From Eledone cirrhosa (Eukaryota), in contig OZ024750.1 in the NCBI GenBank assembly GCA_964016885.1, forward strand, positions 11,098,001 to 11,162,000: DNA of 64,000 bases. The letters are read 5' to 3'. Positions within the stretch are counted from its first letter, which is position 1; every line of letters begins with the position of its first letter. The notes under the pieces were generated by a model that had not been told where the DNA came from, ran no database searches, and saw only the letters and a program-made list of their open reading frames with translations. This document shows, one piece after another, positions 1-12,567 of this stretch. The translations under genes and the position numbers were made by a program.

Positions 1-60
1 ATAATATAGAGCAGAAATACAACATAGATAACAATCACATTTTTGTTTAATACATTTAAT

Positions 61-107
61 TGCTAACGATCGTTTCTTCCAGACATATGTCTGGAATCAT
101 CAGAACA
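61..107 (-). ncRNA. Minimal type I hammerhead ribozyme (family G)
   Basis: Minus strand reads TGTT-CTGATGA-TTCCAGAC(ATAT)GTCTGGAA-GAAA-C(GATC)G-T-T-AGCA. It has an intact core, perfect 8-bp stem II, palindromic stem III loop, GUU triplet and 4-bp stem I. Confidence 0.75.
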
Positions 108-684
108 TATACAATGTTAAAACAAATAAATTCCTAATCCTTAAAACATTAATTAAGATACATTATACTAGGGAAGACTAATTATAATTGTTAGTGTCAG
201 TTACAATATATTGAAGAGTAAGAGTATATATATATATATACTGAATTATAGGTATGTTCCATGAGATGTTCGTCAAGAGCTACACTACAACAAACGCCCA
301 CACGATACTGATTTAATTGATTTTTTAAGTGGTAAGCTATACTAACATGTAACCAATACTAGTAGGTCGAATATAAACGTGCGTAAATAAGGGAAGCGAA
401 ATAGGCGAATAAAATATAGAATATAACATAAATATTTTCGCAATACACGTTTGTTCTGATAGCCATGATTGTGCCAGAAAACCTCCCTGAGAAATATGTT
501 CGTACTCATCTGCTAATGTATCGCTTTCCTCAGTTTATTTCCAACTTTGTATTTATATAAGGAAACGTCATATTTCATCAATATATTATCAATATTAGAA
601 ACGAAGTCTAAGAATATTGATTATTGTTTTAAAAATATTTTGTTAGAGAAGGGCAATTAATAACCAATAACTACACTCATTTAC

Positions 685-787
<103 letters not shown>

Positions 788-979
788 TGTCTCTTCTGTG
801 CGTGTGATAGCGTGTGTGTATGTGTGAGTGATAGAATTGGTAGAAGCTTTTTACTCCAGAAGCCTGAGAAGAAATACAATTATTGTTTGCTTATATCTTC
901 CCCTTGGTAATTTGTAAAAATTCCGCGCTTGGCCTTCAGGGAATCAATAAGAAATCTTATTACAAATGGCATAATTGCT

Positions 980-1021
<42 letters not shown>

Positions 1022-1659
1022 AATACGTATATGAATTCATTCCACATATAGATAGTGGTGCACAATAGTAATGAGCTCAGTAGTAGGTTTTAACAAAGAC
1101 ATAAAACACTTTTAATATGACGTCAGTATTCCTATGAAATTGACATGATATTAACTCATTAATTAATTCTTCAATACTTTGAAGAATCCATACAATGTCG
1201 GAATGCCGAAGAAGTAAAAACACTTCATTCCATTTCACATCTTTTCCAACACTGCATAAACTATATACATTAAGAACTGAATAGAACCGCATGCGCCTTA
1301 ATTCTGAAGCAGAAAAAGGAAATGCAACCAAGCAGTATTTCAATGTTTTAAGTAACCCAGATCTGATTTAAAGCACTCTTTAAATGTCTCACAATGAAGG
1401 GATTCGGCTTCAAGGAAGAACATATTTACTGCATGAACAGATGTTTTAAATTTCGCCAAGCAAATCCTCTTCAGGTCGAATGTAATCTTTTGATAAAAAC
1501 AAGATATGGAATTTAAGTCCTCATAACGGCTGATGGCAACTAAAATATTCGTTGTTAAGGGTGTTTACACTATTTTATACCATCTCTGCGCACCGTTCCT
1601 TATAAACATACAAGCAGAACCCCCGTCTCATATATATGTACATATATATATAAAGTAAT

Positions 1660-1970
1660 AATAATAAATGTGAAGACTAAAATCCAAAGAGGGCTCGATA
1701 AGGATAAATATATATCAAATATATATTTATCCTTATCCAGCCTTTATATATCAAATATATTTATTCTTTCGCATTTATATATCAAATATATTTATCCTTT
1801 CGCCTTTATATATCAAATATATAAGAACCCTAGAGCAAATATTAAAATAACAGATTAAAGTCTAAGCAAAGAATCGCTGCTTTCACCCTTAACGGGATCT
1901 GAGTTACAGAAGATCCCGTTAAGGGTGAGAGCAGCGATTATTTGCTTACACTTTAATCTGTTATTTTAAA
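1660..1970 (-). mobile_element. Short interspersed element (family H) with terminal fold-back palindrome and degenerate hammerhead-like motif
   Basis: Arms at 1842-1900 and 1911-1969 are near-perfect inverted copies containing AGA-TCCC(GTTAA)GGGT-GAAA. The body recurs in opposite orientation at about 34185-34270. Confidence 0.6.
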
Positions 1971-1994
1971 ATATATATATATAGAGAGAGAGAG

Positions 1995-2367
1995 GAAAAG
2001 AGTCAGGACCCCGACGGCTGAGCTCCGGCCGTTTCGACAGCTAGATCCGAACTGTTGATGAAATTGTGGTAGCGGTGATGATATTGGAGTGGCAAGTGTT
2101 TTCGAGAAGTGTAAAAAAGATCTTCCAAATTGGTGATGCAACTTCGGCATTGTGGGGGAGGGTTGAATCACGTTACGTGGCGTGAGCGGCGGCGTCGCCT
2201 ACTGGATCCGCTAGTAGAACCTGGATAATAGTTCGGATCTAACTGTCGAAACGACCGGAGCTCAGCCGTCGGGGTCCTGACTTTTTCTTATTACCCACTC
2301 TATTACCCTAAATATCGAGTACTCTGGTGCGTTATGGTCCACCTTGTTCCTTACCACACTTCCTTCG

Positions 2368-2421
<54 letters not shown>

Positions 2422-2617
2422 AACAAATAAAGTGTGGTGAGGAACAAGGTGGACCAATACGCACCAGAGTACTCGATATTTAGGGTAGTAGAGTGGGTAA
2501 TAGGAAAATGTTCAAAACCCCGACGGCAGAGCTCAAGCCGTTTCGACGGCTATTTCTGGACCAGAAATAGCTGTCGAAACGGCTTCAGCTCTGCCGTCGG
2601 GGTCTTAAACATTTTCC
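1995..2617. mobile_element. Cluster of family A elements (hammerhead 3' half plus ~110-bp tail) in inverted arrangements around (TA)n
   Basis: CTAGCTGTC-GAAA-CGGC..GCCG-TC-GGGGTC motif at about 2000-2052 (-), 2230-2370 (+), 2432-2550 (-) and 2551-2617 (+). Tails abut the (TA)n at about 2369-2417. Confidence 0.8.
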
Positions 2618-2688
2618 TATATATATAGAGAGAGATAGATAGATAGGTAGATAAGAAGATATTAAAAGATGGTTTTAAAAGTTCCATA

Positions 2689-2758
2689 TATTTTATTATG
2701 CGCATTTCGAAAACAACATCATCCTGGGACAAAAATTGTGTTCTCATCAGATAAAATA
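2689..2758 (-). ncRNA. Type I hammerhead ribozyme (family E, copy 1)
   Basis: Minus strand: TATTTTAT-CTGATGA-GAACACAAT...GTTGTTTTC-GAAA-T(GCGC)A-T-A-ATAAAATA. It has an 8-bp stem I, palindromic stem III and AUA triplet. Confidence 0.85.
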
Positions 2759-3484
2759 AGGTAACATGACATGAGGCCTAAAAACACTTGTGAACAAGAA
2801 AGTGTCCAGTCTATATAAGTGTCCACCTCCTATATAACTCATATATATATATATGAGTTATCTTTCCTTTTCAATCATATAAATATTATACCTAACTCCG
2901 TTAATTTAATTTAAAACATTCTCAATTTTAACTACATATTTATTTACATAAAATACAAAATCAACATCCTACCACCTAAAAATGAACTACCTATTTATTT
3001 ATTTATCTACTTAAAACACAAAATTAACTTCCCTCGTAACTTATATTATAAACAACTAATAATTGCAAATTATACTTTTAATAAAAATACATATGCTATT
3101 ATTAAAATATATATAGATTTTTATATATTTAACCCACTACAATATAATAAGATAAATACTTACAAACATAATTCTCCATATAAATATATACATGATAAAG
3201 ATAAATGTTCGAATATATTTCCCCCAAATTAACGTTATAAATGGTCTTCCTATTCCTTTTCCTTCTTATTGTTCCTTTTCTTTTTTCTTTCTTCTTTCTT
3301 TCTCTCTTATTATATATCTAAACTTTCTATAGCGTTTAAAATAACGGTTTTTCAATCATATAACTCAACCTTATTTACATATTCATTTGCATATTCATCC
3401 ATAAATTTGAAATATCCGTCCTTTAATCTCACTACCCAAGAAAATTCAACTGATAAGGTATGATTTCCTTGACTATGTCAAAAT

Positions 3485-3684
3485 TTATAAAACATTTTAT
3501 CTGATGAAAGCGTACCAAAGTTTTTTGGTACCCTTTCCAATATAGAATAAATATGGTTTTATAAATATAGTTTCCATTTATTTAATATCATTGAATATTT
3601 ACTCCAGAAAACTGTCGAGTGCTCTGAATCAGTTATAAACATTTATATTTGTTGTATTTCCAACAAATTAAATATCCCTTCTAC

Positions 3685-3688
<4 letters not shown>
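3485..3688 (+). mobile_element. Family F hammerhead element, degenerate copy
   Basis: ATTTTAT-CTGATGA-AAGCGTACCAAA..TTTGGTACCCTT with the GAAA lost. The downstream ~150 bp match 30410-30543 and end in (TA)n. Confidence 0.7.
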
Positions 3689-3755
<67 letters not shown>

Positions 3756-4192
3756 CGCTTTCTTATATGACTTTTAAAGCTCATTTGAGGCAACAAATCT
3801 AAAACCATATAAAATGGATATACTTATTCAACAAATAATCTATGTGAAGAAGAAAACCTTTGAAGACACAGAAACCATCTCACTCGTCTTGTGATCAATA
3901 AGGTAACGCAACCATCCCTCGTGAAGGAGCCAGTATGAGATCGAAAAGTAATCCCTTGAAACAATTTTCACTACCAAAGTCTTGTTAGGTTCCCGGAACA
4001 AGGAAATCCCCAACTTTGTCTTTTACAATGCAACATCCAAAACAACGAATAAAGTAGCGGGAGGAGTATAAGCAAGTTATGATTAACCCAGAGTTATGTG
4101 TAGAGTTCTCCCTGTGGGCCAATAAACAGAATTGCCACTATATTATTATTAAAATCGTTTCTACTTTTATTACACAAAGAAACGCACATGCA

Positions 4193-4244
<52 letters not shown>

Positions 4245-5023
4245 GGTGAACATTTCTCAATTACTGAATATACAAAGAAAATAGGGAACTGTCATCGTAA
4301 ATTATGTTTCTTTTTCCAGGACTACTGAAACTATACAGCTTGTGAATAGTTTTCTTCACCTGAAGATTCAATGTAAAGTAGACATCTTATATTCTTATAT
4401 ATTTAGTTAGCTTTCCCTCTCGTAAATCGCAAGATTTATATTATTACTATTATATCTACTCCGGGGAAATATGTTTGCACAAATACTCCAGACTAAGTGT
4501 TACAGTCTGAGATACAATATTGAATATGTCAGATTGTATATCCCTTTCCTGTGATCTAGTACAATAATTCTTTTTCCATCTATGTATATTATGTTATAGG
4601 AATCCCATCACCAGTGGAAATATTCTATACATCCCCACGGACACACAAAGATACATGGAGGTGATACGATGCCAAACACGGTTACATAGTCTATTGAAGG
4701 AGCGTAAGAGTTCTACTGTTGCTGCCTAAAATATTATATTGTCAACTTCTTCAACAGCTTTTCTTTACAGCCATACGTATCCCTTCTCAATACTATTTCT
4801 TCTTAAGATTAATAATTAGTTATCTTGGTGTGTACGGATATGATGGCTGCATATTCTGCTAAGAGTACTGCAATTGCTTGAAGGATTATAGCGTTTGATG
4901 CACTTTTAGGCTACGGCCAGCCACACGAACCTGTAACACATCCTGAACAATTAATGCCTGTGCTTTGAATGTTTTTTTAAGTGGGGAAAGGCTTTGCACT
5001 CGACTAATCTATATAATATAATG

Positions 5024-5230
5024 AAGGTGAGTAGTTAGAGAATTTGATTCGCAATCGTGAGGTTGTGAGTTCGATTCACGGACCGGGTATTGCGTTATGT
5101 CCTTTAGCAAGACACTTTATTTCACGTTGCTCCTTCTACCTGGAGTTGCGACCGATAGATAGCATCACCAATTGGTAAGACCAATGGAAACATTGTTTCC
5201 TCGGTCCGATTTGACGAAAGTCGATCGACT
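5024..5230 (+). mobile_element. tRNA-derived SINE, CORE-like family
   Basis: B-box GAGTTCGATTC followed by TGTCCTTTAGCAAGACACTTTATTTCACG. Homologous to 15709, 24178 and 49920. Confidence 0.75.
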
Positions 5231-5256
5231 ACATATATATATATATATCCAGGGGT

Positions 5257-5310
<54 letters not shown>

Positions 5311-5444
5311 GAGATAAATATTGATTGAGGGAGACGAGGCTGTGTGGTTACTGGTAACGAGTGTTAGAAAGTTAAGGGAACACAAACAGGAGATGGACAA
5401 TTTCCCTTCGTCAGTTGTCTGCTACGTGTCACAGATGTTTCAGC

Positions 5445-5512
<68 letters not shown>

Positions 5513-5618
5513 GTTGCGACAGAAAACAATAGTCAACGTGGAAGCGAAGAGGCAGTACAAATGTTAATATTAGTTTCACGCTTGAGAGTGTGTGTGTGTG
5601 TGTGTCGGGGGGGGGGGG

Positions 5619-5651
5619 TCGACGTTTCGCGCATAAGCCCTTCATCAAGAG
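5619..5651 (-). ncRNA. Degenerate minimal hammerhead of Penelope pLTR type (family L)
   Basis: Minus strand: TC-TTGATGA-A-GGGC(TTAT)GCGC-GAAA-CG-TC-GA, preceded by a pyrimidine-rich tract. C3>U and one stem II mismatch. A related fragment, CTGATGAAGGACTAATGTC, lies at about 8259-8280 (-). Confidence 0.55.
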
Positions 5652-6742
5652 AAAAGTGGGCAGGAAAAGAGTAGTTCCGATGGTGTGAGGGGGAGCGGTG
5701 GAAAGACATTAAAAAGCGGCGGATAGAAAAGGGAGGAAAATATATATATATAACACTCTTGTGTATATGTTAGCTAATAACATGTGATTAACTAACAAAA
5801 GTACATATCGAAATTCATCGTTCATTACTGTTTATATTGCATGGTTATTATTTCATAGAGTAGAATAAGAGATAATTATTGTTACAATGTTTATTGCTAA
5901 ATCATACGATTATAATTCAATCATAACTGTCACGGAAAATAAGTCTATTTGCCACGGATAACTATTCATAAGATTCTTTAGAAAAGAAACTCATGTTGGT
6001 GACAAGTAAAAATACACTTGCGCTTGTTTATTCTGATTATTTTGATTTCGTAGATAATATAAGGTGTAAAATAATATAACACTGGAGTATTTTGCAGCTA
6101 AGTACACTTAGGAAATATTGTTTTTCCTTTGTCCTTGCTATGATTAGGAAAATCTAAATAATTATCTTGAGCAATGATAAAATATAAATATAACTTAAAT
6201 TAAAATATATATTTATATTTTGTGTCCTTGCTTGCATTGAGGAAGTTTCAGTGACCATGTCTGTCGTTTAAACACATACATACACACACAAATAAATTAA
6301 ATCTCTATATATACAGCATGCAACATATTGTGGAGCAATGTGATTAGCTGGTTTCCATATAAGTTTTTGCTGGCCTTGTGCCAAATGGAGAAACAATTAA
6401 TATCATATTAATAAACGTTGCATCTAGTACATTGGTATTCGATATCATAACATTCTTATATGCTATGCTAAGCATTTGATGCACAGCCGTAAGTTGTCGC
6501 TGACTATACCATGTAGATATATCAAAACTTTACGAACTCCTAAGTCATTGTCGGAAACACGACGCTGTCACTTAAGCTCATAGAAATAGCAAAGAAATAA
6601 TTGTTTTGAAACCACAGTAGACTCAATATTAAAGTGGAATGATGTTTAAATTTTATGAATTCGCAATAACTTTCAGGATGAAAGTAAAACATTTTAGGTC
6701 CTGCTGATATAGAACTGAAACTTAGATAACTTTATACATATG

Positions 6743-6806
<64 letters not shown>

Positions 6807-6998
6807 GTACGTTATTTCGGGTTGAATCGGAGGTAACCACAGTAAGTAAGGTACTCAATACATTGCAGAGTATAAAAGTTTTAATATAGATGAGATTCTA
6901 CAGGACTAGAACTGTTTCATTCTTTAGAAATCATCAGGGATTCCTGATGATTTCTAAAGAATGAAACAGTTCTAGTCCTGTAGAATCTCATCTATATT

Positions 6999-7002
<4 letters not shown>
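6807..7002. mobile_element. Family B hammerhead element with fold-back palindrome
   Basis: Full element on the minus strand (6807-6940) and an inverted copy at 6941-7002. Centre is GGGA/TTCC immediately 5' of both CTGATGA cores. Flanked by (TA)n on both sides. Confidence 0.85.
6937..6989 (+). ncRNA. Type I hammerhead ribozyme (family B)
   Basis: GGGATTC-CTGATGA-T-TTCT(AA)AGAA-T-GAAA-CAG(TTCTAGTC)CTG-T-A-GAATCTC. 7-bp stem I and GUA triplet; predicted cleavage after 6982. Confidence 0.85.
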
Positions 7003-7038
<36 letters not shown>

Positions 7039-7702
7039 CATACACACACAAATATACATACATACACACACACACATATATATACACACATATTTATCAG
7101 TGTGTGTACGTTTGTTTGTATATACCTACATATATACAACACACGTACACGTACACACACACGTGTGTGTGTGTACATAATCAAAATATTTGCAGTGGAA
7201 ACGGGATACTGCTAAAGTAAGTTTAAAAAAATAGATTTCATTGTACATTTTAGAAAGTTTGGGGAAGAGTGATTGTGCTGACAAGATAATGAGAAAATGT
7301 ACGTATTCAGATATCTTTAATGATAAATTACGACGCATGGTTTAGTTCCACGGTTTTTTCTATAACTCTGTGTATTTGAATTATTGAAAACGTGATTTTG
7401 CTCCAAGAAATTTAATGGAAATTTATGGCGGTGATAGGCGTATTGTGTATGCTAACATATGTTTGGTTTGATTAGAGTTTACGATGTATTTAACAGAGCT
7501 TTTAATGACAAAAAGCTTCGACATCACACAAAATTCAGCGCTGAAGCCGCTGCGAAACATTATACCAAAACAGCAATTCCAAAGTTCGAATCCTCTGCCA
7601 CGTTTCTACATATTAAGTCAAATTTACATATCCACAAGTATTGACGGCTCATTCATTAAGTGCTTGGCTGTTTTAAATACTATGGTATTTTAAATACAAA
7701 GT

Positions 7703-7814
<112 letters not shown>

Positions 7815-8584
7815 AATGTGTGTGTTTATGTGTGTTCATTCTATTCGAGAAGCTTCGTTTCATAAGTATATATATAAGTAAGTTAATTTTTATAATTTTC
7901 TTATTTTACGTCTTTCATGTATATATATATATATATATATATAGGTTGAGAGTGATATTGTCTTCCTTCTCATGTTTAAACTACGCCTCGTATACAATAA
8001 TAATCTCTTCTTGTACCATTAAAAAATACAATAGAGTTTATATTTAAAATTATAATTTCATCTATATATCCATTTCTTTTGGTTCAACTGATTATATTTC
8101 GTTCAGAAACGATTGTGACTTGTATATGGCTTGAGTTTAGATCTATGTCTGCTATCGAATAAAGTTTGTACAAACATAATAGTGAAATAAAATGTTCTTG
8201 TATGAGACTTTTGTGTAATCAGTCTGTATTATTCGTTGTATGGAATCATTGATACTGCGACATTAGTCCTTCATCAGAAAACAGAATGAGAGAGAAGGGG
8301 GGAGAATAGGAGGGGAGGAGGAGAGAGAATGAGAGGGAAGGGAGGGAGAATGTGGGGAAAAGAGGGAGGGGAGAAGGGGGAGAAGTGGAGGGGGAGGAGG
8401 AGAGAGAAGGGGAGGGGAGGAGGAGAGAGAGAGTGACAATAGAAGTCAAATTGGCAGCTTGTTATGAAACTTTATTGCGGTTTGACCAGGCGATCGGTTC
8501 CCGACTCTTTATTGACGACACCTCAGATATGCGGTCCCATCCAAACTTGAGAGAGAGAGAGGGAGAGAGAACATATAGAAAATA

Positions 8585-8705
8585 TAGAAAAGGCTTCTAC
8601 AGAACTAGAACTGTTTCAGTCGTATGAAATTATCAGGAAGGCCGCATTCCTGATGATTCCATACCAATGAAACTGTTCTAGTCCCTGTAGAAGCCATTTC
8701 GTTAT
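8585..8705. mobile_element. Family B fold-back copy, degenerate
   Basis: Inverted arms at 8585-8638 and 8648-8700, with CTGATGA at 8650-8656 and GAAACTGTTCTAGTCCCTGTAGAAG. Confidence 0.75.
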
Positions 8706-9701
8706 TAAATAGAATACTGGTTCTGTTATATGTGTTATTTTCATTAACACGAGCAATATTATATTCCCTTCCCTGTCTACAAACTAAGGTTTTGTTTCGC
8801 TGAAAATAGCAAAAGGGAATAATAGAAATAGTAAAAGGGAATAATGATCTGTCGACCTTATGTCCACTACTGTATGAAAATTAATGTGTTCGACTATTTA
8901 TGTCAATATTCTAAAATCGCATCTATGCTTACTGTATTTAAAGTACTGTCAATATTTAATCTGCTGGAGAAAGAATAGCCACGATCGGAGAAAGTGAGGT
9001 TTATATAAAATAACTTGAGAGATAAGTATTTGTGGCTAAGTTGACATGCTATTGAATGCAAAATTAGATAGATATTTCGAAATTTCAGCTTCCAAGTAGT
9101 TTGAACTAGATCCAAATATTTCAAATATATGTCATAATTTGACCTAAGTTCAAAGAGAATCCATTAATATCATTGTATTTCCAATGGCAGTTTCAACATC
9201 CGATAAATCTGTCATCTGTTTACTTCTCTGTAAATTGAGCATGAATATTAAGACATATGGAATTAGTCCTCAATCTGAACTATTCAATTCATTATTAACT
9301 CTGCCTCAGACAAATTACTTCTGATCTTATCCTGTGTTGGTTTTCTTTAAAATAAGTTACAACATTTTAATATAAGCAGAAAGTTATTAATTTAACTTAT
9401 TCAGTGAGATTATTGGGAATAGGACTTTTGATCGACGCAGAATATAGGTATATTTTGTTGTTGCATTATTAAAATATTTATACACTTGAATCTTTTAATA
9501 AAAACATTTTTTGAAGTATCTCAGAAAGCGATTGCTTATGACGTATTCACTTCTGAAAATTTAATATTATGGAAATTCTAATAATTATAATTGCAACTTT
9601 TGAGATGATTCATTGACTTGACCACAAGCTACTTTTTTAACATAGCTAACTTCGATTTTTTAATGTCTGCAATCCATATATGTAGGTATCTGATACAATA
9701 A

Positions 9702-9853
9702 GGCGGCGAATTGGCAGAATCGTTAGAACGTCGGATAGGTTACTTTGCGGTACTCATTTTGGCTCGCTGTTCTCTGAAAGGCAAAGCTGATCTCGGCGAG
9801 ATTTGAACTCATTCAAGGTCGATTAAAAAAAGTACCAGTCAAGTACTGGGGTC
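9702..9853 (+). mobile_element. Old tRNA-SINE copy with internal inversion
   Basis: Head GGCGGCGAATTGGCAGAATCG and tail GTCGATTAAAAAAAGTACCAGT are in + orientation. The middle GAAAGGCAAAG..GATTTGAACTCA is reversed. Confidence 0.65.
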
Positions 9854-10634
9854 TATTCTTCCTTTATATCACATTCTCATTCCCATTTTCTCCCTTTTTA
9901 TGCTTCGCTGGAAGAAATCTGCTGTATACAGATCTGGAGATAAGATGAACTCCAGCAGGCCTAGAAATGCCTTACACACGTCATAAGTCAATGCAGCGCT
10001 CCTACGACTCTTCAAGGTGTTACGGGACTTAGAAGAATCTGAAATAGTCGACTGAAATTTATTCATTGCTTAAGATCATTCGAGCTATGATTTTCGAATA
10101 ATCTTCTGTTAAATTTCCCCAACGTTAAGAGATTTATGTCTAGGTCTTGAGAGAAATGTTAACACCGAGGATAATTATGAGATAACCATATACATACAAT
10201 ACATATGTCATGAAAGTTTTGTAATTCCTACGAAATATATAAGTTCTTATTAACAGCATTTCAAATCGTAGGGTCCGTCAATGTGTCGTGTTGAGTTCTC
10301 TACCTGGTGAACGTTTCATTATAATACACACATCATTAGTCTATAGTTAAGAGAATATACTATATCACAATACAAAACGTATTAAAAATTGAAAAGAAAA
10401 TTGTGGTTTTGTCATTTTCAATTGATCAATGTGGCAATAAATTGGACTCAAGATTATCACATCGTAATGCTAAAAGTATATATTACCTATCTCAGTAATT
10501 TTATTCATATATATGCCTGTCATTCATATTTCTTCCAGCTAGATTGTACTCTTGCGATGGTGGCAATATATATATAATAGATATATGTGTACCCATATAC
10601 ATACATATATATAATATATATATATGTCTACCTA

Positions 10635-10748
<114 letters not shown>

Positions 10749-11215
10749 ATATATGCGAGATTGATTGATTTATCAGCACGTGAACAGCCATATATTATTA
10801 GAACAGACCGATATTGAATTATTGAAATTTTAAAACATTTTTAATCATCATAAACTTTTCAATCGCAGAAATTTTCATTCCAAATTGTAGAAATAATTTA
10901 GTAGTTTCTTAATATAAATGATAAACCTGGATGACGGTGATCACAGTATGCAACTGTGTGTGTATTTATCGTACTTTTAGTTTGTATGGAATAATATACT
11001 AATATTCTATACAATTGCTCTTTAAGGAAATAATCAAATACCCCTGTTTATTTTAGATTCTAGCTTATTTTATGTACACATCGTAAGCCGCACACGGTCA
11101 CGTAGATAAAATGTTATATTTAGTAATATAAAAGAAACATTTTTCTTATTTTAGTTTCCAGAGTGTTCTGAATATGAAAGCAATTCTTAAGAAAAGAATC
11201 TAACATAATTCATGC

Positions 11216-11288
<73 letters not shown>

Positions 11289-11289
<1 letters not shown>

Positions 11290-12065
11290 TAGCAGCAGTA
11301 CCCAGCGTTGCCTGGGTAGGTAAAATAATATCTGCTTTGATGGAAAGGTGTTGATCTTAGCGACTGCTTCTCGATGACTCATTTATGGCCACACACAGGT
11401 CATGCGGGCGAGGATGGTGATGACTCTATCACTGAGAAACGCGGGTGACTGATGAAGGAGCATGCTGGGGGAAGGAGTTTCAAATTTGAACGAAATCGGT
11501 TGAAGGATTTGGGAGCTAGAGCCGAAAAGGCAGAAATTTGAGCGAAAAGGTGGTATTTTCCAATATTTAAGCGGCTGCCACGCTGTTCCTGAAAAAAATA
11601 TAAAATACAAATCCACTTTAAGACGTGAAATAATCAGATCTAGCGCAGTGTAAAATCTGAACAAAGTAGGTTGATTAATGTGGGAGCTAGAGCCGAAAAA
11701 GTGGAAATTTGAGTCTAAAAGTGGTATTTTTTAATATTTAAGCAGCTGCCACGCCGTCCCTGAACAACAAATGCAAAGTATAAGGATGTGCAATGATAAA
11801 TTCCATTTTGCTTTAAAATTTGAACGAAATCGGTGGCAAAATATGGGAGCTAGAGCCAAAAATCTTATTTTTAGATACCTAAAAAAAGGTGACCCCCCCC
11901 TATCGATTTTTATCTGCAGATTGACTCCAGAATAAAAAAAACGATACGCTGGTAACACTCCCCGATGACTAATCTATAAGCCTGTAAAGTTTCATGAAAA
12001 TCGGTCGCAAGATGTAGGCCCCTATAGTTAATACACAGGCACACAGACACATACTTAATTTTATA
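11289..12065 (-). mobile_element. Non-autonomous Helitron (Lep1-like architecture)
   Basis: The minus-strand 3' end has hairpin TACCCAG..CTGGGTA followed by CTAG|T. There are about three internal ~170-bp tandem units (GGGAGCTAGAGCC at 11511, 11682, 11845), an AAAGTTTCATGAAAATCGG motif and an ACAG-type tract near the 5' end. Inserted in (TA)n. Confidence 0.75.
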
Positions 12066-12094
12066 TATATATATATATATACATATATACATAG

Positions 12095-12207
12095 AGGGTG
12101 TGGTAAGATACCATATGGACCATAACGCACCAGAGTACTCGATACTTAGTTCGGATCTAGCTGTCGAAACGGATCTCATCCGTCGGGGGTCCTGACTCTT
12201 TTCCCCA
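12095..12207. mobile_element. Family A element, internally inverted
   Basis: Tail in - orientation joined to a + hammerhead 3' half GCTGTC-GAAA-CGGAT(CTC)ATCCG-TC-GGGGG. Confidence 0.75.
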
Positions 12208-12243
12208 CATAAGTTAATTTTATAATTTTCTTATTATACGTCT

Positions 12244-12315
<72 letters not shown>

Positions 12316-12400
12316 AGACGTATAATAAGAAAATTATAAAATTAACTTACTTAATTTTAGTAAGTAAGTTAATTTTATAATTTTCTTATTTTACGTCTCT
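12208..12400. repeat. Three alternating-orientation copies of a ~40-bp unit around (TA)n
   Basis: TAAGTTAATTTTATAATTTTCTTATTATACGTCTCTT in +, -, + order. Another copy at about 7875-7915. Confidence 0.8.
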
Positions 12401-12519
12401 TATATTATTGTTCTGCAACCCCATGCATTGAACCACAATGTTATTAAGACAAAACCTATATATTTGCTAGCATCGATATGCATTTGTATGTATATATATG
12501 TTACTAGATATGAATTCTT

Positions 12520-12567
<48 letters not shown>

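Noticed and set aside
2550-2747. ORF containing ELLKPSFN resembling a GIY-YIG C-terminus
   Set aside because: It overlaps the hammerhead and lies 3' of it, and no other endonuclease motifs are present
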